Source: Pseudomonadota bacterium (GTDB lineage Bacteria; Pseudomonadota; Gammaproteobacteria; Xanthomonadales; SZUA-38). Taken from it: DNA of 64,000 bases. Positions 29,243-39,100 of the stretch are shown here, in pieces. A program made the translations under genes and the position numbers. Numbering within the stretch: the stretch's first letter is position 1; every line of letters begins with the position of its first letter. The stretch is taken from contig JBCDKA010000002.1 in NCBI GenBank assembly GCA_038747195.1, positions 19,616-83,615 on the forward strand. The letters run 5' to 3'. The notes beneath the pieces are model-generated. The model searched no databases and was not told the DNA's origin. It saw only the letters and a list, made by a program, of their open reading frames with translations.

Positions 29243-31195
29243 ATGTCAGCAACCCTACGATCTGCCTTCCTGATTCTCAGTGCCGCGGCCTTAAGCGCCT
29301 GCGGCGGTTCTTCTGAACCCGACACGGCGGCGCCTCAAGCTCAGGCTGACCCGGCTCCGGCAGCCGACGCCATTCCTCGCTACAGCGCCGAGGCGTTTTT
29401 CAACACCATCAGCTACGGGATGGCCTCTTCGACCGGCTATCCCTTCTCACCGGACGGCAGCAAGCTGCTGGTGACCGCGGACAACACCGGGATCTTTAAC
29501 GTCTACGCGATGCCCATCGATGGGTCGGAGCCAACCGCCTTCACCGAGTCTGACGACTCAGCTCGCTATGCGATCAGCTGGTTTCCCGCCGACGAGCGGG
29601 TCCTGTTCACCTTCGACGGCAATGGTGATGAGCTCAATCACGTTGCGGTGCGAGAAACCGACGGCACCGTGAAGGATTTGACGCCGGGAGCGGATCTCAA
29701 AGCCGTGTTTATCCGCTTTGAAGACGGCGGCGAGCACTTTTTTCTGGCGACCACCGAACGCAATCAGCGCAGCTTCGACATCTATCGCTACCAGGCGGAT
29801 GGCTACGAGCGCGAGCTGATTTTTGAGAACCCAGGCTTCTCGATCGGCGACATTAGCCCCGACGGGCGCTGGGTGGCGCTGAACAAGCCCCGCACCAGCG
29901 CTGACTCCGATATCTATGTTGTCGATTTGGCCGCGGACAATCCCGAGCCGCTGCTGATCAGCGAACACACCGGGAACGTGGCGTTCTCAACCTATGAGTT
30001 TTCTCCGGACAGTCAGCGTCTGGTGTACGCCACCGACCAGCACGGTGAGTTTGCACAGGCCTGGCAGTATGAGATGGCCAGCGGCGAGCATTCGGCGCTG
30101 ATCGAGGCGCCCTGGGACGTTTCCTACGTCACCTTTTCACCCTCCGGCCGCTTCGAGGTATCCGGCATCAACGCGGATGCTCGCACCGAGGTCACGGTCC
30201 GTGACGTGACGGCCAACAGCGAGCTGGCCCTGCCGGAGCTGCCGCCGGGAGATCTGCGCAACGTCCGCTTTTCTGCTGACGACAAGATGATGGCGCTGAT
30301 CATCAACGCTGACGACTCGCCGTCCGACATTCATGTTATTGACCTGGGCGCTAAAACCAGCCGCCAGCTCACCAGCGCGCTCAATCCCGCAATCAAGCCG
30401 GAACACCTGGTGCGCAGCGAGGTAATCCGCTACCCGAGCTTCGACGGCCTGGAGATTCCGGCGATCCAGTATCGACCTCACAACGCCAGCGCCGACAATC
30501 CGGTACCCGCTTTGGTGTTTGTCCACGGCGGCCCGGGGGGGCAGACCCGAACCGGCTATCGCGCTCTCTTTCAGCATCTGGTGAACCACGGCTACGCGGT
30601 GCTGGGTGCCAACAACCGAGGCTCGTCCGGCTATGGCAAAACGTTTTTCCATCTCGACGACAAGCGACATGGCGAAGAGGACCTCCAGGACATTGTCTAC
30701 GGACGAAAATATCTTGAGAGCCTCGACTGGGTGGACAGCGACCGGATCGGCATCATCGGCGGGTCTTATGGTGGCTATATGGTGGCCGCGGCGCTCGCGT
30801 TTGAGCCGGAGGTTTTTGACGTTGGGATCGACATCTTTGGTGTCACCAACTGGGTAAGAACGCTGGAGAGCATTCCCCCCTGGTGGGAAGACTTTAAGGA
30901 GGCGCTGTACGACGAGATGGGAGATCCGGCCACCGACGCCGAGCGTCACCGTCGCATCTCGCCGCTGTTTCACGCGGAGAATATCGTCAAGCCGCTGCTG
31001 GTGGTGCAGGGCGCGAACGATCCGCGGGTGCTCCAGGTTGAGAGCGATGAGATTGTCGCTGCCGTCCAGAAAAACGAGGTGCCGGTTGAGTACGTCGTGT
31101 TTCCGGACGAGGGCCACGGCTTCTCAAAGCGCAGCAACAAGATTGCCGCCTCCGAAGCCTACGTCACTTTCCTCGACGCCTACCTGAAGCACTAG
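29243..31195 (+). CDS. S9-family serine peptidase lipoprotein (paralog type of 26959..29073)
   Basis: Lipobox LSAC from ATG 29243 (track start 29213). Motifs GGSYGGY, GANDPRV, DEGHGF. The stop overlaps the convergent gene's stop in the palindrome CTAG (31192..31195). Confidence 0.9.
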   Translation: MSATLRSAFLILSAAALSACGGSSEPDTAAPQAQADPAPAADAIPRYSAEAFFNTISYGMASSTGYPFSPDGSKLLVTADNTGIFNVYAMPIDGSEPTAFTESDDSARYAISWFPADERVLFTFDGNGDELNHVAVRETDGTVKDLTPGADLKAVFIRFEDGGEHFFLATTERNQRSFDIYRYQADGYERELIFENPGFSIGDISPDGRWVALNKPRTSADSDIYVVDLAADNPEPLLISEHTGNVAFSTYEFSPDSQRLVYATDQHGEFAQAWQYEMASGEHSALIEAPWDVSYVTFSPSGRFEVSGINADARTEVTVRDVTANSELALPELPPGDLRNVRFSADDKMMALIINADDSPSDIHVIDLGAKTSRQLTSALNPAIKPEHLVRSEVIRYPSFDGLEIPAIQYRPHNASADNPVPALVFVHGGPGGQTRTGYRALFQHLVNHGYAVLGANNRGSSGYGKTFFHLDDKRHGEEDLQDIVYGRKYLESLDWVDSDRIGIIGGSYGGYMVAAALAFEPEVFDVGIDIFGVTNWVRTLESIPPWWEDFKEALYDEMGDPATDAERHRRISPLFHAENIVKPLLVVQGANDPRVLQVESDEIVAAVQKNEVPVEYVVFPDEGHGFSKRSNKIAASEAYVTFLDAYLKH

Positions 31196-31935
31196 GCGAG
31201 CTGTCTCAGCAGCTCCGGTCGAACGTGCTGCGGCATTTCCCCCGAGCTCAGACAAAACTCAGTAAAGCGATATCCAAGCGTCATCGGTTCAAGCAGCGGC
31301 ACCGATGCGGGAGTGGCAACCGCGTGTGCCACTGGCGCCATGCACGTACAGCCAAGCACTACGGCCGCGGCACGCTGGCGTGTGATCGCGTCGTCCCGCG
31401 CCCGGCTAATGGCGTCAACAGCGCTCAGTTCGCAGGCTCGCATATCGGTGACGAAGTTTTGCTCGTCAACCAGCGTCGCGAGGTCCTCATCCGCTGCCAG
31501 GTGAGTGATGCCAAGTAAATCTCGTCGAGTATCGCTCTCCTCCAGCACTCGCTCGTACAGAAACGCCAGCGCCGGCGGCCAGATCGTGATGATCGCGAAA
31601 GGCCCGAAAGAAGCAGCCACTCGCAACGACGTTTCGCCCGAGCCGACAACCGGTATGCACAGCGTCTCGCGAAGCGTCGTCAACCCGTAGTCACCTACCG
31701 TGTTGATGTAGATGGCGTCGAAGCCGTCGTTTTGAGCCTTGAGGCCCGCCTCATAGTGCTGTCGGTCGCACACTGCCCGCGCCTCTGGATCGCCCGGAAA
31801 AACGCCGTCCGGGATTTCAACAAGCTCGGCGTGAAAGCCGCGGCCGACAATGGCCTCGATTTCCGGCGGCGGCTGACTGGTGGCCTGGGGCCGAAAGCCG
31901 GTCCCGATCACCGCGATGCGAAGCGAGTTGGTCAC
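31192..31935 (-). CDS. Asp/Glu/hydantoin racemase superfamily protein
   Basis: RIAVIGTGF, IYINTVGDYGL...IPVVGSGE and VVLGCTCM blocks. Start set at GTG 31935, forming a GTGA overlap with the upstream gene's stop (31934..31932). The track start is 31998. Confidence 0.7.
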   Translation of the reverse strand: MTNSLRIAVIGTGFRPQATSQPPPEIEAIVGRGFHAELVEIPDGVFPGDPEARAVCDRQHYEAGLKAQNDGFDAIYINTVGDYGLTTLRETLCIPVVGSGETSLRVAASFGPFAIITIWPPALAFLYERVLEESDTRRDLLGITHLAADEDLATLVDEQNFVTDMRACELSAVDAISRARDDAITRQRAAAVVLGCTCMAPVAHAVATPASVPLLEPMTLGYRFTEFCLSSGEMPQHVRPELLRQLA

Positions 31936-33074
31936 CGCCCCGTCGGCGTAAGCTTCAGCAGCCTGCCTCGAGGGCCGCTGCCGTCTTCCAGGACCCAAAC
32001 GGCGCCATCCGGTCCCTCTTCGAGGCTCCGGATCCTGGCGCCCATCGCATAGCGTTCGACTTCTTTTGCGCCGTCAGCCTCCAGGCGAATGCGAACGATT
32101 GCGTTGGAAGAAAGACCGGCGACCAGTGCGTTGCCGCGCCAGGGCTCAAACAAATCACCGCCGTAGATCATCAGATCGCCGGGGGATACCACCGGCGTCC
32201 ACCAGATAGCCGGCTTGGCAAATTCGGGGCGGGTGTCGTGATCCGGAATCGGCCGGCCGTCGTAGTGATTGCCGTTGGAAACCTCAGGGTAGCCGTAGTT
32301 GGCGCCACGTTGGATCAGATTCAGCTCATCACCACCGGCGGGGCCCATCTCGACCTCCCATAGCCGACCATTGCCATCGAAGGCCATGCCAAGCGGGTTT
32401 CGATGCCCCAGCGACCAGACCTGCTGATGGACCACACTGTCGCCCGAAGTTGGGCGATCAAAAAACGGGTTGTCGGCAGGCACGGAACCATCGTCGTTCA
32501 GCCGGATGATTTTTCCCATTGAGGATTTCATGTCCTGAGAGGGCGTGAACTTCTGTCGTTCGCCCGAGCTGATGAACAGATACCCATCGTCGTCGAACGC
32601 CATTCGATGGCCGTAGTGACCGCGCCCGTTCACTTTCGGGAATTGTCGCCAGATGACCTCGAGGTCCGCTAGTTCCGGTTGCGTAGCGCTACCGCCGAGA
32701 ACAGCTTTTGCCACGGCAGCGCCTCGCCTGCGGCCTTTTCCGGATTCTGCGTAGCTGAGGTAGATGGTGCGATTAGCGGAGAAGTCGGGATGGAGCACCA
32801 CGTCACCCAGGCCACCCTGACCGCCATAGTCGACCTCCGGGACGCCGACGGCGGGCTCAGATTTCTCGCCGCTTGGGGAAACGATAAACAGGTGACCCTT
32901 CTTTTCCGTCACCAGTATTCGGCCGTCTGGCATAAAGGCCATGGACCAGGGCTCTCTGAAGCCCGCAATGGGTTCAACCGCAAAAGGCAGGTCCTGCTGG
33001 GCAGTCGTCCTCGATACGATGAACACGCCGAGGGCGGCTGCCAAAACCAGACTAACTCGCCAAATGTGCTTCAT
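31932..33074 (-). CDS. PQQ-dependent sugar (glucose/sorbosone) dehydrogenase-like beta-propeller protein
   Basis: Signal peptide MKHIWRVSLVLAAALGVF. GLGDVVLHPDF, HYGHRMAFDDDGYLFISSGERQ, SLGHRNPLGMAFD, GGDELNLIQRGANYGYP. GAGGA lies 6 nt before ATG 33074. Confidence 0.85.
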   Translation of the reverse strand: MKHIWRVSLVLAAALGVFIVSRTTAQQDLPFAVEPIAGFREPWSMAFMPDGRILVTEKKGHLFIVSPSGEKSEPAVGVPEVDYGGQGGLGDVVLHPDFSANRTIYLSYAESGKGRRRGAAVAKAVLGGSATQPELADLEVIWRQFPKVNGRGHYGHRMAFDDDGYLFISSGERQKFTPSQDMKSSMGKIIRLNDDGSVPADNPFFDRPTSGDSVVHQQVWSLGHRNPLGMAFDGNGRLWEVEMGPAGGDELNLIQRGANYGYPEVSNGNHYDGRPIPDHDTRPEFAKPAIWWTPVVSPGDLMIYGGDLFEPWRGNALVAGLSSNAIVRIRLEADGAKEVERYAMGARIRSLEEGPDGAVWVLEDGSGPRGRLLKLTPTGR

Positions 33075-33295
33075 AGAAAATCCTCGCGCTTTTTTTTGCC
33101 GGTGTCGGCATGAACCTCGACATCCGGCCCGACTGCCCACTGTAGCGAAACGGTTGTTGGTTCGACAGGCGGCCGTCGGAGAACAAGGTGAGTTGACGAT
33201 ATTCGGCGCTCACCGGTGGGTTTGAATTAACCTGATTGTCCGGGGTCCAACGTCGACAATGTGCCAAGACATCAGTCACATCAGGGAGCTTGTCA

Positions 33296-34177
33296 ATGAC
33301 TAACGCCGCGAGTCACGGATCGTCGGGCTGCCGATCAGACTCATCACTGGCTTACCGCCTGGGCCTGCCCGCATGGGCTTTCTCTGGCTGGTCGGGGTGC
33401 TACTGGGACGGCCGCCCCAGCCCTCTGGCCGGCTACAGCCAGGTGTTCAATGCGGTCGAAGGAAATACCACCTTCTATCGAACGCCTGATGCCCAAACCG
33501 TCGAGGGCTGGCGAAAGACGTTGGCGGGACGCGATTTTCAGTTCAGCTTCAAGCTGCCGCGAACCTTTACCCACGAGGCCACCTGCGACCTGGCGCTGCT
33601 GCGGGAGTTCCTGCGTACGCTGGCGCCGCTGGATGAGCATCTCGGCCCCTGGCTGGTGCAATTTCCGGCCTGGACCGGTCCGGCAGATCTGACGCGGATC
33701 GAGCGCATCCTGGCGGAGTTGACGAACTTCGGGTCGTCGGTGCTCGAGGTGCGCCATCCACAGTTTTTCACCGAGCCAGAGCGGCTGGATTCCCTGATCA
33801 AAGAGTTCCCCGTGTCCAGACTTTCGCTGGACACCCGGGCGCTCTATGCCGGGGATATGAATCATCCGGAGGTCCGGTCAGCGCGACACCACAAACCCGA
33901 TCTGCCGGTCACGCCGCATGCTGATCACGGTTTGGTGTATGTGCGCATGGTGCTGCATCCCGATCCGCAAACCAACGCGGTCAGTCTGGACTACTGGGCT
34001 CGCTACTGCGCCGAGGCGCTCGACGCTGGTCACACCGTATGGGTGATGATCCACTGTCCGAACAATCAGCATTGCCCGCCCTACGCCCGAGACTTTCACC
34101 AGCGGTTAAGTGTTCGCTGTGCAAAAGCCGGCATCATGCCGTCCTGGCCGATGCCGGAACAGGCGACGCTGCTTTAG
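33296..34177 (+). CDS. DUF72-family protein
   Basis: GLPAWAFSGW...YSQVFNAVEGNTTFYRTP...WRKTLAGRDFQFSFKLPRTFTHE is the DUF72 pattern. AGGGAG lies upstream of ATG 33296 (track start 33236). Confidence 0.75.
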   Translation: MTNAASHGSSGCRSDSSLAYRLGLPAWAFSGWSGCYWDGRPSPLAGYSQVFNAVEGNTTFYRTPDAQTVEGWRKTLAGRDFQFSFKLPRTFTHEATCDLALLREFLRTLAPLDEHLGPWLVQFPAWTGPADLTRIERILAELTNFGSSVLEVRHPQFFTEPERLDSLIKEFPVSRLSLDTRALYAGDMNHPEVRSARHHKPDLPVTPHADHGLVYVRMVLHPDPQTNAVSLDYWARYCAEALDAGHTVWVMIHCPNNQHCPPYARDFHQRLSVRCAKAGIMPSWPMPEQATLL

Positions 34178-34325
34178 CGAGCGTTTCGTTCCAGCGCTGG
34201 TTCTCCAATTTTCGATGCCATTGCGCGTCCACGGGTGAGAACCCCTCAGGGGTTTTGTCTGGCGGGTCTACCTGCAACAATCGGTGGGCACTACAGCAAA
34301 ACCACGACGCCCAGGGGCAGTAAGC

Positions 34326-35048
34326 ATGCAAAACCATATCAGCACCGTCCTGGTGACGGGAGCCAACCGCGGCCTGGGTCTGGAGTTCAGCCGCCAGTAT
34401 CTGGATCAGGGCTACCGAGTGCTGGCGACATGCCGATCGCCGGAGCAAGCCATCGATCTCAGTGGGCTGGGAAACGATGAAGACCGGCTGGAGGTTTTTG
34501 CGCTCGACGTCGCGGACTTTAGTGCGGTGGATGCGCTGGCCGAAACACTGTCCGGGCGTCACGTGGATATCCTGATCAACAACGCCGGCGTATTTGGGCC
34601 AAAACCCAAAGCGGAGCGGGATCTCAGGCAGAGTTTTGGCCACCTGTCTTACGACCTTTGGGCAGAGATCTTCCGCATCAATTCCCAGGCGCCGGTGAAG
34701 CTGGCCGAGGCGCTGCTTCCCAATCTGCTCGCCGGATCGCAGCGTAAGGTGGTGAACATCTCGTCGACGGAAGGCTCAATCGCTGGCGCCAACGCCGGAC
34801 TCTACGCCTACCGCACCAGCAAAGCCGCCTTGAATATGGCGACCGCACTGCTGGCCGCAGATCTTGTGAACCAGAACATTATCGCCGCGGCGCTCAACCC
34901 GGGCTGGGTCAAAACGCGCATGGGCGGACCGCAGGGGGTGCTGGAGCCGGAGCAGAGCATAGCCAGCATGCGGCAGGTGATCGAGGGGCTGACGATGGAC
35001 GACACTGGGGCCTTCCTGGACTACAACGGAGATTCCATTCCCTGGTAG
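34326..35048 (+). CDS. Short-chain dehydrogenase/reductase (SDR)
   Basis: VLVTGANRGLGLEF (TGxxxGxG), NNAG, YRTSKAALN (YxxxK). Start at ATG 34326. Confidence 0.85.
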   Translation: MQNHISTVLVTGANRGLGLEFSRQYLDQGYRVLATCRSPEQAIDLSGLGNDEDRLEVFALDVADFSAVDALAETLSGRHVDILINNAGVFGPKPKAERDLRQSFGHLSYDLWAEIFRINSQAPVKLAEALLPNLLAGSQRKVVNISSTEGSIAGANAGLYAYRTSKAALNMATALLAADLVNQNIIAAALNPGWVKTRMGGPQGVLEPEQSIASMRQVIEGLTMDDTGAFLDYNGDSIPW

Positions 35049-35239
35049 GGCTAAGGTCAGGAAACTAGCCTTTTTGTGATCAATCTTCGCGCACGCTAGC
35101 CAGACCAAAATAACGAGCAACGGCGGGCAACCTCCTTTCCTCAATGTCGAGCCGCGTGATCTGCTACCCTGATTCGGCCTCGTGTTGCGCATCGAGGTCG
35201 CTGGCCAATCGGTACCGCCGCTCGCAGTGGAGGATTTGC

Positions 35240-35992
35240 ATGAAGCTCAAGGCCTTGTTCATCACGTTTGTATTGCTGTTCTCGGGAGGCGCCCACGCTG
35301 ACCTTAAGAGTAAGTTGAAAGGGTTGCTCGGCGAGGAGGAAGAGACTGGCACTACCCAGGCAGAGTCAGCGGATTTTCTGGGGCTGTCTTCGGAACAGCA
35401 GATCGAAGGGCTTAAACAGGCTTTGGCGCAGGGGTTCACTCGCGCTGTTGGTACGCTCGGCAAGGAGGATGGATTTTGGGGCAACGAGCTGGTTCAGATA
35501 CCTCTACCTGAAGCTGTCGAGCGGGTTGCAAAAGGAGCCCGCCGCTTGGGTGGCGACCGCTACGTCGACGAGTTCCACGAAACGCTCAATCGTGCCGCGG
35601 AGAGCGCTGTACCCGTGGCTACCGAACTGTTTGCGGCAGCGTTGAGAGATATGACGGTCGACGACGCGATTGAGATCATCCGGGGAGAACCCGACGCGGC
35701 GACGCAGTATTTTCGCAGCAGGACCGAAGCTTCCTTGGTCGAGCAGTTTCTGCCGCTGGTAGCCGAGGCTACTGACGACGCCGGTGTGACTCAGGCCTAC
35801 AAGGAGCTCAACAAGAAAGCCGGCGGGTTTCTGTCGGCCCTGGGCGGCGATGACGACAGTCTTGATCTTGATCGTTACGTCACCGACAAGGCGTTGGACG
35901 CACTATTTATTTATATCGCGGCGGAAGAAAAGCAGATTCGCGAAGACCCGGTCGCCCGAACGACGGATCTGCTGAAGGCACTGTTTGACTAA
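35240..35992 (+). CDS. DUF4197-like exported protein
   Basis: Signal peptide MKLKALFITFVLLFSGGAHA. LSSEQQIEGLKQALAQGFTRAVGTLGKEDGFWGNELVQIPLPE resembles DUF4197. GGAGG lies 7 nt before ATG 35240. Confidence 0.6.
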   Translation: MKLKALFITFVLLFSGGAHADLKSKLKGLLGEEEETGTTQAESADFLGLSSEQQIEGLKQALAQGFTRAVGTLGKEDGFWGNELVQIPLPEAVERVAKGARRLGGDRYVDEFHETLNRAAESAVPVATELFAAALRDMTVDDAIEIIRGEPDAATQYFRSRTEASLVEQFLPLVAEATDDAGVTQAYKELNKKAGGFLSALGGDDDSLDLDRYVTDKALDALFIYIAAEEKQIREDPVARTTDLLKALFD

Positions 35993-36198
35993 GTCAGCAT
36001 GTTTCCGCTGTTGTGATTGCGCGGCAACGGTTGCCGGCTAGCCGGCTGCATTTCCTGGCCGCAGAACGACCTAGCTTACGCCCGATTCAGCCTCCGGAAA
36101 CGCTCCACCGTGCTCAGGGGCTTGGCGCATCTCAAGGCCCCTGCAGACGGAAGCGCTGCTACACTCAGGACGAGGGTAGTCCAAGTAGGGGTTTGGTC

Positions 36199-39100
36199 AT
36201 GCCGCGTTTGCGTTTCGTGTCTCTTTTCGTTTTCTTGCTCGGCCCATCGTTGTTGCACGCCGGCGAAAGCATTCAGTTTCGTTTTGAACAAGCGTTGCCC
36301 ACGCTGCAGCAGCCCTGGTTCTTCGGGCTGCGCGGGGGAATTGCCGTAGATGAGGACAACTTCGTCTATGTCACGGAGCGCGATACTGAGGTTATTCGCA
36401 AGTTCAACCGCTCTGGCTTGCTTGTCACAAGCTGGGGTCGGCGAGGCACGGGTGACGGCGAGTTTGCTGGCCCTCATGACGTCGCGCTGAGTGACGACGA
36501 TCGGGTTTATATCACCGATGAGTTCAATCATCGCGTTCAGATTTTCACCCGGGATGGCGTTTACCTCGCGCAGTTTGGTGCCTTTGGAAGCGGCGACGGC
36601 CAGCTGAACCGGCCGACTGGAGTTGCTCAGCACCAGGGGTTTGTCTACGTTGCCGACAGCGAAAATTTCCGGATCCAGAAGTTTACCAGCGACGGTGACT
36701 ATGTCGGCCAGTGGGGCAGCGAAGGCAGCGGCAACGGCCAGTTTCAACGCCCCGAAGACATCGCCATCTCGCGTACGGGATTTGTTTACGTCATTGACCA
36801 GGCCCGACCGTTTATCAACTACGAGAACACTCGTGTTCAGTATTTTGATACGGAGGGCAACTTTATTGGAACGTGGGGCTCTACCGGCACCGGGCTGGGG
36901 CAGTTCCAGGAGCTCGTCGCCATCGAGGTGGATCAGTTTGGCGTTGTCTTTACGTTAGACGAGGATGGCCGGATTCAGCGCTTCACCCCGGACGGCCTGG
37001 GGGTTTCTCAATTCACGATGGATCCTGACGAACTGCCTATCAATCGACCGAGCGGGATTGCCAAAGCCCCGGACGGGCGCATATACGTTCGCGATGTCTC
37101 GCGCGTCTCCCAGTTCCTGCCGACCGGGCAGTTTGCTGATCGCTGGGGCAGCCTGGGTGATGAGCTTGGCCAGTTCAATTTTCCGCTGGGTATTGCGGCC
37201 CAGGCCAACGGTAACCTGCTCGTGTCGAATATCTTCAACAACCGGGTACAGGTCTTCACGCCGGAGGGTATGCCGTTGTCGTCATTCGGCGGTCCCGGGA
37301 GTCCTGGGGAGCTCATCGGACCGGGGCAAATTGCCGTGAGCGCACAGGGCGATATTTATCTGAGCGAACTCACGTCAAGCCGCGTCAGCGTATTCGACGA
37401 GAATTTTAATTTCATCCGGCGAATCGGTAGTTTTGGTTCGGGAAATGGTGAGTTTGACCTCCCGCGTGGCGTAGGGATCGACAGCCAAGGTTTTGTTTAC
37501 GTGGCCGACGGCAACAACCATCGCGTTCAGAAGTTTACCCCTGACGGGACCTACGTTGATCAGTGGGGCGTCAGGGGGAGTGAAAACGGGAACTTCGAAA
37601 GACCCAACTCATTAGTGGTTGGGCCCGGCGATCTCATTTACGTAGCCGATCGCGATCTCGACCGGATTCAGATCTTTGAATCTGACGGAACATTTGTGAG
37701 CGTTTTTGGCGAGAGCGGTACGGGTCCGGGGCAGTTCAATATTCCGGAAAGTATGGCGTTTGATTCGTTTGGCTTCCTTTACGTTGCTGATGTGTTCAAC
37801 GATCGATATCAGGCCTTTACGGCCAATGGGGAGTATGTTGGCAAGTACGATATGCCGGGCGTGGCACCCGGCTCGTTGACCCGGCCTGGCGGCATCTATT
37901 TCGATAACAGCCAGCGGGTTTTCATGGTCGATGGCCGAAATAACCGCCTGCAGCGGTTCAGCCGAGTTGAGTTGCTGCCGGATTCTAAGGTTGTGGTTGT
38001 CGCGGGCGGCGGCCCTTATCCGGGAAATCCCTTGTGGGACGCCACCCAGGTCAACGCCAACTTTGCGTACCGAACGCTAGCCGTTCAGGGTTTCACCGAC
38101 GACCTCATCTACTATCTAACGCCGAACCTGGACCTGGATCTGGACCAAAACGGGAACTCTGATGAAGTGGACGGTGTGCCTACCGCACAGGCTTTGCGGG
38201 AGGGGATTCTGGGATCCTTTGGCGCAGACGCCGACAATCTCACTCTCTATCTCGTAGATCATGGCGGTGACAAAACGTTTCGACTGACCGAGAACGAAAT
38301 CCTCAGCTCGAGTGAGCTCGATAGCTGGTTGGACGAGTGGCAGGCGACCCGGCCCAACGGCAACGTCACCTTGATTTACGACGCGTGCCAGTCGGGCTCT
38401 TTCCTGGATGAACTTCGTGATCCCAATCGGATTCTGATTGCCTCGGCAGGCGCCGAAGAAGCCGCCTATTTTGTTTCCCAGGGCTCCCTGTCATTTTCGA
38501 ATCGCTTCTGGAGCCAGATCTTTAACGGAGCAACGCTGGGCGAAGCCTATGATCTGGCCAGCCAGGCCACCTCAACGGCGTTCCCGCTGCAAAACCCCCT
38601 GCTCGACGCTGACGGCGACGGTAGCTTCAATACGGCTGCCGACCTGGCGGCAATCGAAAATTTGGTGATTGGAGCGGGCACCGAAGTGGACGGTAACGCG
38701 CCGGTGATCACCAGCGTCAGCCCCGTTCAGAACCCGACCGCGAGCACCGCAACGATCGAAGCCAACGGCGTCACCGATGCCGACGGCATTGCCCGGGTGT
38801 GGGCCGTGCTTCGTCCCCCGGGTTTTGCGCCAGACTCGGCCGATAATCCGGTGCAGGATCTCCCGACCGTTGAGCTTACCCAGCAGCCCGGCACAGCTGA
38901 CTATCAGGCGGAGTTTAGCGATTTCACCATTGCCGGAACCTACGATATATCGATTGAGGCCCAAGATCGTATTGGCAATACCGCGATCCCGAGGCTGACC
39001 CAGGTGGTAGTGGGCACACCCGTCAGGCGCCGCGCGGTCATCATCGGTGGCGGTGATCCGTCCGCGCCGGAATTTGCAAACCTGAAGACCAACAGCGATC

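Noticed and set aside
30137-31117. 326-aa minus-strand ORF inside the second S9 peptidase (and the similar 27451..28311 ORF in the first)
   Set aside because: The plus-strand frames carry complete S9 catalytic triads. The antisense frames have no recognisable features.
33090-33097. T8 homopolymer upstream of the PQQ-dehydrogenase start, as a possible phase-variation tract
   Set aside because: The tract is short, single and intergenic, with no evidence of slipped-strand regulation.
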